Shown here in pieces: positions 10,381 to 25,300 of a DNA stretch of 64,000 nucleotides. Source of the stretch: Eledone cirrhosa (taxonomy: Eukaryota). The notes under the pieces are model-generated. The model saw only the letters and a list, made by a program, of their open reading frames with translations. It did no database searches and was not told the origin of the DNA. The translations under genes were made by a program, and so were the position numbers. The stretch covers positions 209,188,001-209,252,000 of the forward strand of contig OZ024741.1 of NCBI GenBank assembly GCA_964016885.1, read 5' to 3'. Within the stretch, counting starts at the first letter, position 1; every line of letters begins with the position of its first letter.

Positions 10381-13300
10381 CTTGGTGGGATCGATCTGTA
10401 ATTACTGGTACATGTGCAGACACTCATTGGCTGTGTGTGGCCTGATTTTCAGATAGATATCTCCGTAAAATAACGAGTGGTGGCTGCGTAAAATAATGAA
10501 TTACGCACGAAAATGAGAAAATTTCAATTCTCGATCGTGGGCCGGCCGGATGTCGGATCGATTCGTAAATACAAGGATAATGTGCGGACACTCCTTGGCT
10601 GTGTGCGGCATGATTTTCAGGACGATATCTCCGTAAAATCAAGAGTTGATAACCCCAACTTAACTTAACCCCAACTTAACTTAACCGCAACTTAACTTAA
10701 CCGCAACCTAACTTAACCCCAACTTAACTTAACCGCAACCTAACTTAACCCCAACTTAACTTAACCGCAACTTAACTTAACCCCAACCTAACTTAACCCC
10801 AACTTAACTTAACCGCAACTTAACTTAACCGCAACCTAACTTAACCCCAACTTAACTTAACCGCAACTTAACTTAACCGCAACTTAGCTTAACCCCAACC
10901 CTTGGTGGGATCGATCTGTAATTACTGGTACATGTGCAGACACTCATTGGCTGTGTGTGGCCTGATTTTCAGAAAGATATCTCCGTAAAATAACGAGTGG
11001 TGGCTGCGTAAAATAATGAATTACGCACGAAAATGAGAAAATTTCGATTCTCGATCGTGGGCCGGCCGGATGTCGGATCGATTCGTAAATACAAGGATAA
11101 TGTGCGGACACTCCTTGGCTGTGTGCGGCATGATTTTCAGGACGATATCTCCGTAAAATCAAGAGTTGATAACCCCAACTTAACTTAACCCCAACTTAAC
11201 TTAACCGCAACTTAACTTAACCGCAACCTAACTTAACCCCAACTTAACTTAACCGCAACCTAACTTAACCCCAACTTAACTTAACCGCAACTTAACTTAA
11301 CCCCAACCTAACTTAACCCCAACTTAACTTAACCGCAACTTAACTTAACCGCAACCTAACTTAACCCCAACTTAACTTAACCGCAACTTAACTTAACCGC
11401 AACTTAGCTTAACCCCAACCCTTGGTGGGATCGATCTGTAATTACTGGTACATGTGCAGACACTCATTGGCTGTGTGTGGCCTGATTTTCAGATAGATAT
11501 CTCCGTAAAATAACGAGTGGTGGCTGCGTAAAATAATGAATTACGCACGAAAATGAGAAAATTTCGATTCTCGATCGTGGGCCGGCCGGATGTCGGATCG
11601 ATTCGTAAATGCAAGGATAATGTGCGGACACTCCTTGGCTGTGTGCGGCATGATTTTCAGGACGATATCTCCGTAAAATCAAGAGTTGATAACCCCAACT
11701 TAACTTAACCCCAACTTAACTTAACCGCAACTTAACTTAACCGCAACCTAACTTAACCCCAACTTAACTTAACCGCAACCTAACTTAACCCCAACTTAAC
11801 TTAACCGCAACTTAACTTAACCCCAACCTAACTTAACCCCAACTTAACTTAACCGCAACTTAACTTAACCGCAACCTAACTTAACCCCAGCTTAACTTAA
11901 CCGCAACTTAACTTAACCGCAACTTAGCTTAACCCCAACCCTTGGTGGGATCGATCTGTAATTACTGGTACATGTGCAGACACTCATTGGCTGTGTGTGG
12001 CCTGATTTTCAGAAAGATATCTCCGTAAAATAACGAGTGTGATGGCTGCGTAAAATAATGAATTACGCACGAAAATGAGAAAATTTCGATTCTCGATCGT
12101 GGGCCGGCCGGATGTCGCATCGATTCGTAAATAGAAGGATAATGTGCGGACACTCCTTGGCTGTGTGCGGCATGATTTTCAGGACGATATTTCCGTAAAA
12201 TCAAGAGTTGATAACCCCAACTTAACTTAACCCCAACTTAACTTAACCCCAACTTAACTTAACCCCAACTTAACTTAACCGCAACTTAACTTAACCGCAA
12301 CCTCACTTAACCCCAACTTAACTTAACCGCAACCTAACTTAACCACAACTTAACTTAACCGCAACTTAACTTAACCCCAACCTAACTTAACCCCAACTTA
12401 ACTTAACCGCAACTTAACTTAACCGCAACCTAACTTAACCCCAACTTAACTTAACCGCAACTTAACTTAACCGCAACTTAGCTTAACCCCAACCCTTGGT
12501 GGGATCGATCTGTAATTACTGGTACATGTGCAGACACTCATTGGCTGTGTGTGGCCTGATTTTCAGAAAGATATCTCCGTAAAATAACGAGTGGTGGCTG
12601 CGTAAAATAATGAATTACACACGAAAATGAGAAAATTTCGATTCTCGATCGTGGGCCGGCCGGATGTCGGATCGATTCGTAAATACAAGGATAATGTGCG
12701 GACACTCCTTGGCTGTGTGCGGCATGATTTTCAGGACGATATCTCCGTAAAATCAAGAGTTGATAACCCCAACTTAACTTAACCCCAACTTAACTTAACC
12801 GCAACTTAACTTAACCGCAACCTAACTTAACCCCAACTTAACTTAACCGCAACCTAACTTAACCCCAACTTAACTTAACCGCAACTTAGCTTAACCCCAA
12901 CCCTTGGTGGGATCGATCTGTAATTACTGGTACATGTGCAGACACTGATTGGCTGTGTGTGGCCTGATTTTCAGAAAGATATCTCCGTAAAATAACGAGT
13001 GGTGGCTGCGTAAAATAATGAATTACGCACGAAAATGAGAAAATTTCGATTCTCGATCGTGGGCCGGCCGGATGTCTGATCGATTCGTAAATACAAACAA
13101 GGATAATGTGCGGACACTCCTTGGCTGTGTGCGGCATGATTTTCAGGACGATATCTCCGTAAAATCAAGAGTTGATAACCCCAACTTAACTTAACCCCAA
13201 CTTAACTTAACCGCAACTTAAATTAACCGCAACCTAACTTAACCCCAACTTAACTTAACCGCAACCTAACTTAACCCCAACTTAACTTAACCGCAACTTA

Positions 13301-16300
13301 ACTTAACCCCAACCTAACTTAACCCCAACTTAACTTAACCGCAACTTAACTTAACCGCAACCTAACTTAACCCCAACTTAACTTAACCGCAACTTAACTT
13401 AACCGCAACTTAGCTTAACCCCAACCCTTGGTGGGATCGATCTGTAATTACTGGTACATGTGCAAACACTCATTGGCTGTGTGTGGCCTGATTTTCAGAA
13501 AGATATCTCCGTAAAATAACGAGTGGTGGCTGCGTAAAATAATGAATTACGCACGAAAATGAGAAAATTTCGATTCTCGATCGTGGGCCGGCCGGATGTC
13601 GCATCGATTCGTAAATAGAAGGATAATGTGCGGACACTCCTTGGCTGTGTGCGGCATGATTTTCAGGACGATATTTCCGTAAAATCAAGAGTTGATAACC
13701 CCAACTTAACTTAACCCCAACTTAACTTAACCCCAACTTAACTTAACCGCAACCTAACTTAACCCCAACTTAACTTAACCCCAACCTAACTTAACCCCAA
13801 CTTAACTTAACCGCAACTTAACTTAACCGCAACCTAACTTAACCCCAACTTAACTTAACCGCAACTTAACTTAACCGCAACTTAGCTTAACCCCAACCCT
13901 TGGTGGGATCGATCTGTAATTACTGGTACATGTGCAGACACTCATTGGCTGTGTGTGGCCTGATTTTCAGAAAGATATCTCCGTAAAATAACGAGTGGTG
14001 GCTGCGTAAAATAATGAATTACGCACGAAAATGAGAAAATTTCGATTCTCGATCGTGGGCCGGCCGGATGTCGGATCGATTCGTAAATACAAGGATAATG
14101 TGCGGACACTCCTTGGCTGTGTGCGGCATGATTTTCAGGACGATATCTCCGTAAAATCAAGAGTTGATAACCCCAACTTAACTTAACCCCAACTTAACTT
14201 AACCGCAACTTAACTTAACCGCAACCTAACTTAACCCCAACTTAACTTAACCGCAACCTAACTTAACCCCAACTTAACTTAACCGCAACTTAACTTAACC
14301 CCAACCTAACTTAACTCCAACTTAACTTAACCGCAACTTAACTTAACCGCAACCTAACTTAACCCCAACTTAATTTAACCGCAACTTAACTTAACCGCAA
14401 CTTAGCTTAACCCCAACCCTTGGTGGGATCGATCTGTAATTAATGGTACATGTGCAGACACTCATTGGCTGTGTGTGGCCTGATTTTCAGAAAGATATCT
14501 CCGTAAAATAACGAGTGGTGGCTGCGTAAAATAATGAATTACGCACGAAAATGAGAAAATTTCGATTCTCGATCGTGGGCCGGCCGGATGTCGGATCGAT
14601 TCGTAAATACAAGGATAATGTGCGAACACTCCTTGGCTGTGTGCGGCATGATTTTCAGGACGATATCTCCGTAAAATCAAGAGTTGATAACCCCAACTTA
14701 ACTTAACCCCAACTTAACTTAACCGCAACTTTACTTAACCGCAACCTAACTTAACCCCAACTTAACTTAACCGCAACCTAACTTAACCCCAACTTAACTT
14801 AACCCCAACTTAACTTAACCCCAACCTAACTTAACCCCAACTTAACTTAACCGCAACTTAACTTAACCGCAACCTAACTTAACCCCAACTTAACTTAACC
14901 GCAACTTAACTTAACCGCAACTTAGCTTAACCCCAACCCTTGGTGGGATCGATCTGTAATTACTGGTACATGTGCAGACACTCATTGGCTGTGTGTGGCC
15001 TGATTTTCAGAAAGATATCTCCGTAAAATAACGAGTGGTGGCTGCGTAAAATAATGAATTACGCACGAAAATGAGAAAATTTCGATTCTCGATCGTGGGC
15101 CGGCCGGATGTCGGATCGATTCGTAAATACAAGGATAATGTGCGGACACTCCTTGGCTGTGTGCGGCATGATTTTCAGGACGATATCTCCGTAAAATCAA
15201 GAGTTGATAACCCCAACTTAACTTAACCCCAACTTAACTTAACCCCAACTTAACTTAACCGCAACCTAACTCAACCCCAACTTAACTTAACCGCAACCTA
15301 ACTTAACCCCAACTTAACTTAACCGCAACTTAACTTAACCGCAACCTAACTTAACCCCAACTTAACTTAACCGCAACTTAACTTAACCGCAACTTAGCTT
15401 AACCCCAACCCTTGGTGGGATCGATCTGTAATTACTGGTACATGTGCAGACCCTCATTGGCTGTGTGTGGCCTGATTTTCAGAAAGATATCTCCGTAAAA
15501 TAACGAGTGGTGGCTGCGTAAAATAACGAGTGGTGGCTGCGTGAATTACGCACGAAAATGAGAAAATTTCGATTCTCGATCGTGGGCCGGCCGGATGTCG
15601 GATCGATTCGTAAATACAAGGATAATGTGCGGACACTCCTTGGCTGTGTGCGGCATGATTTTTAGGACGATATCTCCGTAAAATCAAGAGTTGATAACCC
15701 CAACTTAACTTAACCCCAACTTAACTTAACCGCAACTTAACTTAACCGCAACCTAACTTAACCCCAACTTAACTTAACCGCAACCTAACTTAACCCCAAC
15801 TTAACTTAACCGCAACTTAACTTAACCCCAACCTAACTTAACCCCAACTTAACTTAACCGCAACTTAACTTAACCGCAACCTAACTTAACCCCAACTTAA
15901 CTTAACCGCAACTTAACTTAATCGCAACTTAGCTTAACCCCAACCCTTGGTGGGATCGATCTGTAATTACTGGTACATGTGCAGACACTCATTCGCTGTG
16001 TGTGGCCTGATTTTCAGAAAGATATCTCCGTAAAATAACGAGTGGTGGCTGCGTAAAATAATGAATTACGCACGAAAATGAGAAAATTTCGATTCTCGAT
16101 CGTGGGCCGGCCGGATGTCGGATCGATTCGTAAATACAAGGATAATGTGCTGACACTCCTTGCCTGTGTGCCGCATGATTTTCAGGACGATATCTCCGTA
16201 AAATCAAGAGTTGATAACCCCAACTTAACTTAACCCCAACTTAACTTAACCGCAACTTAACTTAACCGCAACCTAACTTAACCCCAACTTAACTTAACCG

Positions 16301-19300
16301 CAACCTAACTTAACCCCAACTTAACTTAACCGCAACTTAACTTAACCCCAACCTAACTTAACCCCAACTTAACTTAACCGCAACTTAACTTAACCGCAAC
16401 CTAACTTAACCCCAACTTAACTTAACCGCAACTTAACTTAACCGCAACTTAGCTTAACCCCAACCCTTGGTGGGATCGATCTGTAATTACTGGTACATGT
16501 GCAGACACTCATTGGCTGTGTGTGGCCTGATTTTCAGATAGATATCTCCATAAAATAACGAGTGGTGGCTGCGTAAAATAATGAATTACGCACGAAAATG
16601 AGAAAATTTCGATTCTCGATCGTGGGCCGGCCGGATGTCGGATCGATTCGTAAATACAAGGATAATGTGCGGACACTCCTTGGCTGTGTGCGGCATGATT
16701 TTCAGGACGATATCTCCGTAAAATCAAGAGTTGATAACCCCAACTTAACTTAACCCCAACTTAACTTAACCGCAACTTAACTTAACCGCAACCTAACTTA
16801 ACCCCAACTTAACTTAACCGCAACCTAACTTAACCCCAACTTAACTTAACCGCAACTTAACTTAACTCCAACCTAACTTAACCCCAACTTAACTTAACCG
16901 CAACTTAACTTAACCGCAACCTAACTTAACCCCAACTTAACTTAACCGCAACTTAACTTAACCGCAACTTAGCTTAACCCCAACCCTTGGTGGGATCGAT
17001 CTGTAATTACTGGTACATGTGCAGACACTCATTGGCTGTGTGTGGCCTGATTTTCAGAAAGATATCTCCGTAAAATAACGAGTGGTGGCTGCGTAAAATA
17101 ATGAATTACGCACGAAAATGAGAAAATTTCGATTCTCGATCGTGGGCCGGCCGGATGTCGGATCGATTCGTAAATACAAGGATAATGTGCGGACACTCCT
17201 TGGCTGTGTGCGGCATGATTTTCAGGACGATATCTCCGTAAAATCAAGAGTTGATAACCCCAACTTAACTTAACCCCAACTTAACTTAACCGCAACTTAA
17301 CTTAACCGCAACCTAACTTAACCCCAACTTAACTTAACCGCAACCTAACTTAACCCCAACTTAACTTAACCGCAACTTAACTTAACCCCAACCTAACTTA
17401 ACCCCAACTTAACTTAACCGCAACTTAACTTAACCGCAACCTAACTTAACCCCAACTTAACTTAACCGCAACTTAACTTAACCGCAACTTAGCTTAACCC
17501 CAACCCTTGGTGGGATCGATCTGTAATTACTGGTACATGTGCAGACACTCATTGGCTGTGTGTGGCCTGATTTTCAGATAGATATCTCCGTAAAATAACG
17601 AGTGGTGGCTGCGTAAAATAATGAATTACGCACGAAAATGAGAAAATTTCGATTCTCGATCGTGGGCCGGCCGGATGTCGGATCGATTCGTAAATGCAAG
17701 GATAATGTGCGGACACTCCTTGGCTGTGTGCGGCATGATTTTCAGGACGATATCTCCGTAAAATCAAGAGTTGATAACCCCAACTTAACTTAACCCCAAC
17801 TTAACTTAACCGCAACTTAACTTAACCGCAACCTAACTTAACCCCAACTTAACTTAACCGCAACCTAACTTAACCCCAACTTAACTTAACCGCAACTTAA
17901 CTTAACCCCAACCTAACTTAACCCCAACTTAACTTAACCGCAACTTAACTTAACCGCAACCTAACTTAACCCCAGCTTAACTTAACCGCAACTTAACTTA
18001 ACCGCAACTTAGCTTAACCCCAACCCTTGGTGGGATCGATCTGTAATTACTGGTACATGTGCAGACACTCATTGGCTGTGTGTGGCCTGATTTTCAGAAA
18101 GATATCTCCGTAAAATAACGAGTGTGATGGCTGCGTAAAATAATGAATTACGCACGAAAATGAGAAAATTTCGATTCTCGATCGTGGGCCGGCCGGATGT
18201 CGCATCGATTCGTAAATAGAAGGATAATGTGCGGACACTCCTTGGCTGTGTGCGGCATGATTTTCAGGACGATATTTCCGTAAAATCAAGAGTTGATAAC
18301 CCCAACTTAACTTAACCCCAACTTAACTTAACCCCAACTTAACTTAACCCCAACTTAACTTAACCGCAACTTAACTTAACCGCAACCTCACTTAACCCCA
18401 ACTTAACTTAACCGCAACCTAACTTAACCACAACTTAACTTAACCGCAACTTAACTTAACCCCAACCTAACTTAACCCCAACTTAACTTAACCGCAACTT
18501 AACTTAACCGCAACCTAACTTAACCCCAACTTAACTTAACCGCAACTTAACTTAACCGCAACTTAGCTTAACCCCAACCCTTGGTGGGATCGATCTGTAA
18601 TTACTGGTACATGTGCAGACACTCATTGGCTGTGTGTGGCCTGATTTTCAGAAAGATATCTCCGTAAAATAACGAGTGGTGGCTGCGTAAAATAATGAAT
18701 TACACACGAAAATGAGAAAATTTCGATTCTCGATCGTGGGCCGGCCGGATGTCGGATCGATTCGTAAATACAAGGATAATGTGCGGACACTCCTTGGCTG
18801 TGTGCGGCATGATTTTCAGGACGATATCTCCGTAAAATCAAGAGTTGATAACCCCAACTTAACTTAACCCCAACTTAACTTAACCGCAACTTAACTTAAC
18901 CGCAACCTAACTTAACCCCAACTTAACTTAACCGCAACCTAACTTAACCCCAACTTAACTTAACCGCAACTTAACTTAACCGCAACTTAGCTTAACCCCA
19001 ACCCTTGGTGGGATCGATCTGTAATTACTGGTACATGTGCAGACACTGATTGGCTGTGTGTGGCCTGATTTTCAGAAAGATATCTCCGTAAAATAACGAG
19101 TGGTGGCTGCGTAAAATAATGAATTACGCACGAAAATGAGAAAATTTCGATTCTCGATCGTGGGCCGGCCGGATGTCTGATCGATTCGTAAATACAAACA
19201 AGGATAATGTGCGGACACTCCTTGGCTGTGTGCGGCATGATTTTCAGGACGATATCTCCGTAAAATCAAGAGTTGATAACCCCAACTTAACTTAACCCCA

Positions 19301-22300
19301 ACTTAACTTAACCGCAACTTAACTTAACCGCAACCTAACTTAACCCCAACTTAACTTAACCGCAACCTAACTTAACCCCAACTTAACTTAACCGCAACTT
19401 AACTTAACCGCAACTTAACTTAACCGCAACCTAACTTAACCCCAACTTAACTTAACCGCAACTTAACTTAACCGCAACTTAGCTTAACCCCAACCCTTGG
19501 TGGGATCGATCTGTAATTACTGGTACATGTGCAGACACTCATTGGCTGTGTGTGGCCTGATTTTCAGAAAGATATCTCCGTAAAATAACGAGTGGTGGCT
19601 GCGTAAAATAATGAATTACGCACGAAAATGAGAAAATTTCGATTCTCGATCGTGGGCCGGCCGGATGTCGCATCGATTCGTAAATAGAAGGATAATGTGC
19701 GGACACTCCTTGGCTGTGTGCGGCATGATTTTCAGGACGATATTTCCGTAAAATCAAGAGTTGATAACCCCAACTTAACTTAACCCCAACTTAACTTAAC
19801 CCCAACTTAACTTAACCGCAACCTAACTTAACCCCAACTTAACTTAACCCCAACCTAACTTAACCCCAACTTAACTTAACCGCAACTTAACTTAACCGCA
19901 ACCTAACTTAACCCCAACTTAACTTAACCGCAACTTAACTTAACCGCAACTTAGCTTAACCCCAACCCTTGGTGGGATCGATCTGTAATTACTGGTACAT
20001 GTGCAGACACTCATTGGCTGTGTGTGGCCTGATTTTCAGAAAGATATCTCCGTAAAATAACGAGTGGTGGCTGCGTAAAATAATGAATTACGCACGAAAA
20101 TGAGAAAATTTCGATTCTCGATCGTGGGCCGGCCGGATGTCGGATCGATTCGTAAATACAAGGATAATGTGCGGACACTCCTTGGCTGTGTGCGGCATGA
20201 TTTTCAGGACGATATCTCCGTAAAATCAAGAGTTGATAACCCCAACTTAACTTAACCCCAACTTAACTTAACCGCAACTTAACTTAACCGCAACCTAACT
20301 TAACCCCAACTTAACTTAACCGCAACCTAACTTAACCCCAACTTAACTTAACCGCAACTTAACTTAACCCCAACCTAACTTAACTCCAACTTAACTTAAC
20401 CGCAACTTAACTTAACCGCAACCTAACTTAACCCCAACTTAATTTAACCGCAACTTAACTTAACCGCAACTTAGCTTAACCCCAACCCTTGGTGGGATCG
20501 ATCTGTAATTAATGGTACATGTGCAGACACTCATTGGCTGTGTGTGGCCTGATTTTCAGAAAGATATCTCCGTAAAATAACGAGTGGTGGCTGCGTAAAA
20601 TAATGAATTACGCACGAAAATGAGAAAATTTCGATTCTCGATCGTGGGCCGGCCGGATGTCGGATCGATTCGTAAATACAAGGATAATGTGCGAACACTC
20701 CTTGGCTGTGTGCGGCATGATTTTCAGGACGATATCTCCGTAAAATCAAGAGTTGATAACCCCAACTTAACTTAACCCCAACTTAACTTAACCGCAACTT
20801 TACTTAACCGCAACCTAACTTAACCCCAACTTAACTTAACCGCAACCTAACTTAACCCCAACTTAACTTAACCGCAACTTAACTTAACCGCAACCTAACT
20901 TAACCCCAACTTAACTTAACCGCAACTTAACTTAACCGCAACTTAGCTTAACCCCAACCCTTGGTGGGATCGATCTGTAATTACTGGTACATGTGCAGAC
21001 ACTCATTGGCTGTGTGTGGCCTGATTTTCAGAAAGATATCTCCGTAAAATAACGAGTGCTGGCTGCGTAAAATAACGAGTGGTGGCTGCGTGAATTACGC
21101 ACGAAAATGAGAAAATTTCGATTCTCGATCGTGGGCCGGCCGGATGTCGGATCGATTCGTAAATACAAGGATAATGTGCGGACACTCCTTGGCTGTGTGC
21201 GGCATGATTTTTAGGACGATATCTCCGTAAAATCAAGAGTTGATAACCCCAACTTAACTTAACCCCAACTTAACTTAACCGCAACTTAACTTAACCGCAA
21301 CCTAACTTAACCCCAACTTAACTTAACCGCAACCTAACTTAACCCCAACTTAACTTAACCGCAACTTAACTTAACCCCAACCTAACTTAACCCCAACTTA
21401 ACTTAACCGCAACTTAACTTAACCGCAACCTAACTTAACCCCAGCTTAACTTAACCGCAACTTAACTTAACCGCAACTTAGCTTAACCCCAACCCTTGGT
21501 GGGATCGATCTGTAATTACTGGTACATGTGCAGACACTCATTGGCTGTGTGTGGCCTGATTTTCAGAAAGATATCTCCGTAAAATAACGAGTGTGATGGC
21601 TGCGTAAAATAATGAATTACGCACGAAAATGAGAAAATTTCGATTCTCGATCGTGGGCCGGCCGGATGTCGCATCGATTCGTAAATAGAAGGATAATGTG
21701 CGGACACTCCTTGGCTGTGTGCGGCATGATTTTCAGGACGATATTTCCGTAAAATCAAGAGTTGATAACCCCAACTTAACTTAACCCCAACTTAACTTAA
21801 CCCCAACTTAACTTAACCCCAACTTAACTTAACCGCAACTTAACTTAACCGCAACCTCACTTAACCCCAACTTAACTTAACCGCAACCTAACTTAACCAC
21901 AACTTAACTTAACCGCAACTTAACTTAACCCCAACCTAACTTAACCCCAACTTAACTTAACCGCAACTTAACTTAACCGCAACCTAACTTAACCCCAACT
22001 TAACTTAACCGCAACTTAACTTAACCGCAACTTAGCTTAACCCCAACCCTTGGTGGGATCGATCTGTAATTACTGGTACATGTGCAGACACTCATTGGCT
22101 GTGTGTGGCCTGATTTTCAGAAAGATATCTCCGTAAAATAACGAGTGGTGGCTGCGTAAAATAATGAATTACACACGAAAATGAGAAAATTTCGATTCTC
22201 GATCGTGGGCCGGCCGGATGTCGGATCGATTCGTAAATACAAGGATAATGTGCGGACACTCCTTGGCTGTGTGCGGCATGATTTTCAGGACGATATCTCC

Positions 22301-25300
22301 GTAAAATCAAGAGTTGATAACCCCAACTTAACTTAACCCCAACTTAACTTAACCGCAACTTAACTTAACCGCAACCTAACTTAACCCCAACTTAACTTAA
22401 CCGCAACCTAACTTAACCCCAACTTAACTTAACCGCAACTTAACTTAACCGCAACTTAGCTTAACCCCAACCCTTGGTGGGATCGATCTGTAATTACTGG
22501 TACATGTGCAGACACTGATTGGCTGTGTGTGGCCTGATTTTCAGAAAGATATCTCCGTAAAATAACGAGTGGTGGCTGCGTAAAATAATGAATTACGCAC
22601 GAAAATGAGAAAATTTCGATTCTCGATCGTGGGCCGGCCGGATGTCTGATCGATTCGTAAATACAAACAAGGATAATGTGCGGACACTCCTTGGCTGTGT
22701 GCGGCATGATTTTCAGGACGATATCTCCGTAAAATCAAGAGTTGATAACCCCAACTTAACTTAACCCCAACTTAACTTAACCGCAACTTAACTTAACCGC
22801 AACCTAACTTAACCCCAACTTAACTTAACCGCAACCTAACTTAACCCCAACTTAACTTAACCGCAACTTAACTTAACCGCAACTTAACTTAACCGCAACC
22901 TAACTTAACCCCAACTTAACTTAACCGCAACTTAACTTAACCGCAACTTAGCTTAACCCCAACCCTTGGTGGGATCGATCTGTAATTACTGGTACATGTG
23001 CAGACACTCATTGGCTGTGTGTGGCCTGATTTTCAGAAAGATATCTCCGTAAAATAACGAGTGGTGGCTGCGTAAAATAATGAATTACGCACGAAAATGA
23101 GAAAATTTCGATTCTCGATCGTGGGCCGGCCGGATGTCGCATCGATTCGTAAATAGAAGGATAATGTGCGGACACTCCTTGGCTGTGTGCGGCATGATTT
23201 TCAGGACGATATTTCCGTAAAATCAAGAGTTGATAACCCCAACTTAACTTAACCCCAACTTAACTTAACCCCAACTTAACTTAACCGCAACCTAACTTAA
23301 CCCCAACTTAACTTAACCCCAACCTAACTTAACCCCAACTTAACTTAACCGCAACTTAACTTAACCGCAACCTAACTTAACCCCAACTTAACTTAACCGC
23401 AACTTAACTTAACCGCAACTTAGCTTAACCCCAACCCTTGGTGGGATCGATCTGTAATTACTGGTACATGTGCAGACACTCATTGGCTGTGTGTGGCCTG
23501 ATTTTCAGAAAGATATCTCCGTAAAATAACGAGTGGTGGCTGCGTAAAATAATGAATTACGCACGAAAATGAGAAAATTTCGATTCTCGATCGTGGGCCG
23601 GCCGGATGTCGGATCGATTCGTAAATACAAGGATAATGTGCGGACACTCCTTGGCTGTGTGCGGCATGATTTTCAGGACGATATCTCCGTAAAATCAAGA
23701 GTTGATAACCCCAACTTAACTTAACCCCAACTTAACTTAACCGCAACTTAACTTAACCGCAACCTAACTTAACCCCAACTTAACTTAACCGCAACCTAAC
23801 TTAACCCCAACTTAACTTAACCGCAACTTAACTTAACCCCAACCTAACTTAACTCCAACTTAACTTAACCGCAACTTAACTTAACCGCAACCTAACTTAA
23901 CCCCAACTTAATTTAACCGCAACTTAACTTAACCGCAACTTAGCTTAACCCCAACCCTTGGTGGGATCGATCTGTAATTAATGGTACATGTGCAGACACT
24001 CATTGGCTGTGTGTGGCCTGATTTTCAGAAAGATATCTCCGTAAAATAACGAGTGGTGGCTGCGTAAAATAATGAATTACGCACGAAAATGAGAAAATTT
24101 CGATTCTCGATCGTGGGCCGGCCGGATGTCGGATCGATTCGTAAATACAAGGATAATGTGCGAACACTCCTTGGCTGTGTGCGGCATGATTTTCAGGACG
24201 ATATCTCCGTAAAATCAAGAGTTGATAACCCCAACTTAACTTAACCCCAACTTAACTTAACCGCAACTTTACTTAACCGCAACCTAACTTAACCCCAACT
24301 TAACTTAACCGCAACCTAACTTAACCCCAACTTAACTTAACCCCAACTTAACTTAACCCCAACCTAACTTAACCCCAACTTAACTTAACCGCAACTTAAC
24401 TTAACCGCAACCTAACTTAACCCCAACTTAACTTAACCGCAACTTAACTTAACCGCAACTTAGCTTAACCCCAACCCTTGGTGGGATCGATCTGTAATTA
24501 CTGGTACATGTGCAGACACTCATTGGCTGTGTGTGGCCTGATTTTCAGAAAGATATCTCCGTAAAATAACGAGTGGTGGCTGCGTAAAATAATGAATTAC
24601 GCACGAAAATGAGAAAATTTCGATTCTCGATCGTGGGCCGGCCGGATGTCGGATCGATTCGTAAATACAAGGATAATGTGCGGACACTCCTTGGCTGTGT
24701 GCGGCATGATTTTCAGGACGATATCTCCGTAAAATCAAGAGTTGATAACCCCAACTTAACTTAACCCCAACTTAACTTAACCCCAACTTAACTTAACCGC
24801 AACCTAACTCAACCCCAACTTAACTTAACCGCAACCTAACTTAACCCCAACTTAACTTAACCGCAACTTAACTTAACCGCAACCTAACTTAACCCCAACT
24901 TAACTTAACCGCAACTTAACTTAACCGCAACTTAGCTTAACCCCAACCCTTGGTGGGATCGATCTGTAATTACTGGTACATGTGCAGACACTCATTGGCT
25001 GTGTGTGGCCTGATTTTCAGAAAGATATCTCCGTAAAATAACGAGTGGTGGCTGCGTAAAATAACGAGTGGTGGCTGCGTGAATTACGCACGAAAATGAG
25101 AAAATTTCGATTCTCGATCGTGGGCCGGCCGGATGTCGGATCGATTCGTAAATACAAGGATAATGTGCGGACACTCCTTGGCTGTGTGCGGCATGATTTT
25201 TAGGACGATATCTCCGTAAAATCAAGAGTTGATAACCCCAACTTAACTTAACCCCAACTTAACTTAACCGCAACTTAACTTAACCGCAACCTAACTTAAC

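Larger units (their letters stand above)
8380..20900. repeat. 12-monomer higher-order repeat of ~6.1 kb, about two tandem copies
   Basis: Variant monomers recur in the same order at offset 6085: 9369->15454, 9904->15989, 11962->18047, 12538->18623. Confidence 0.9.
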
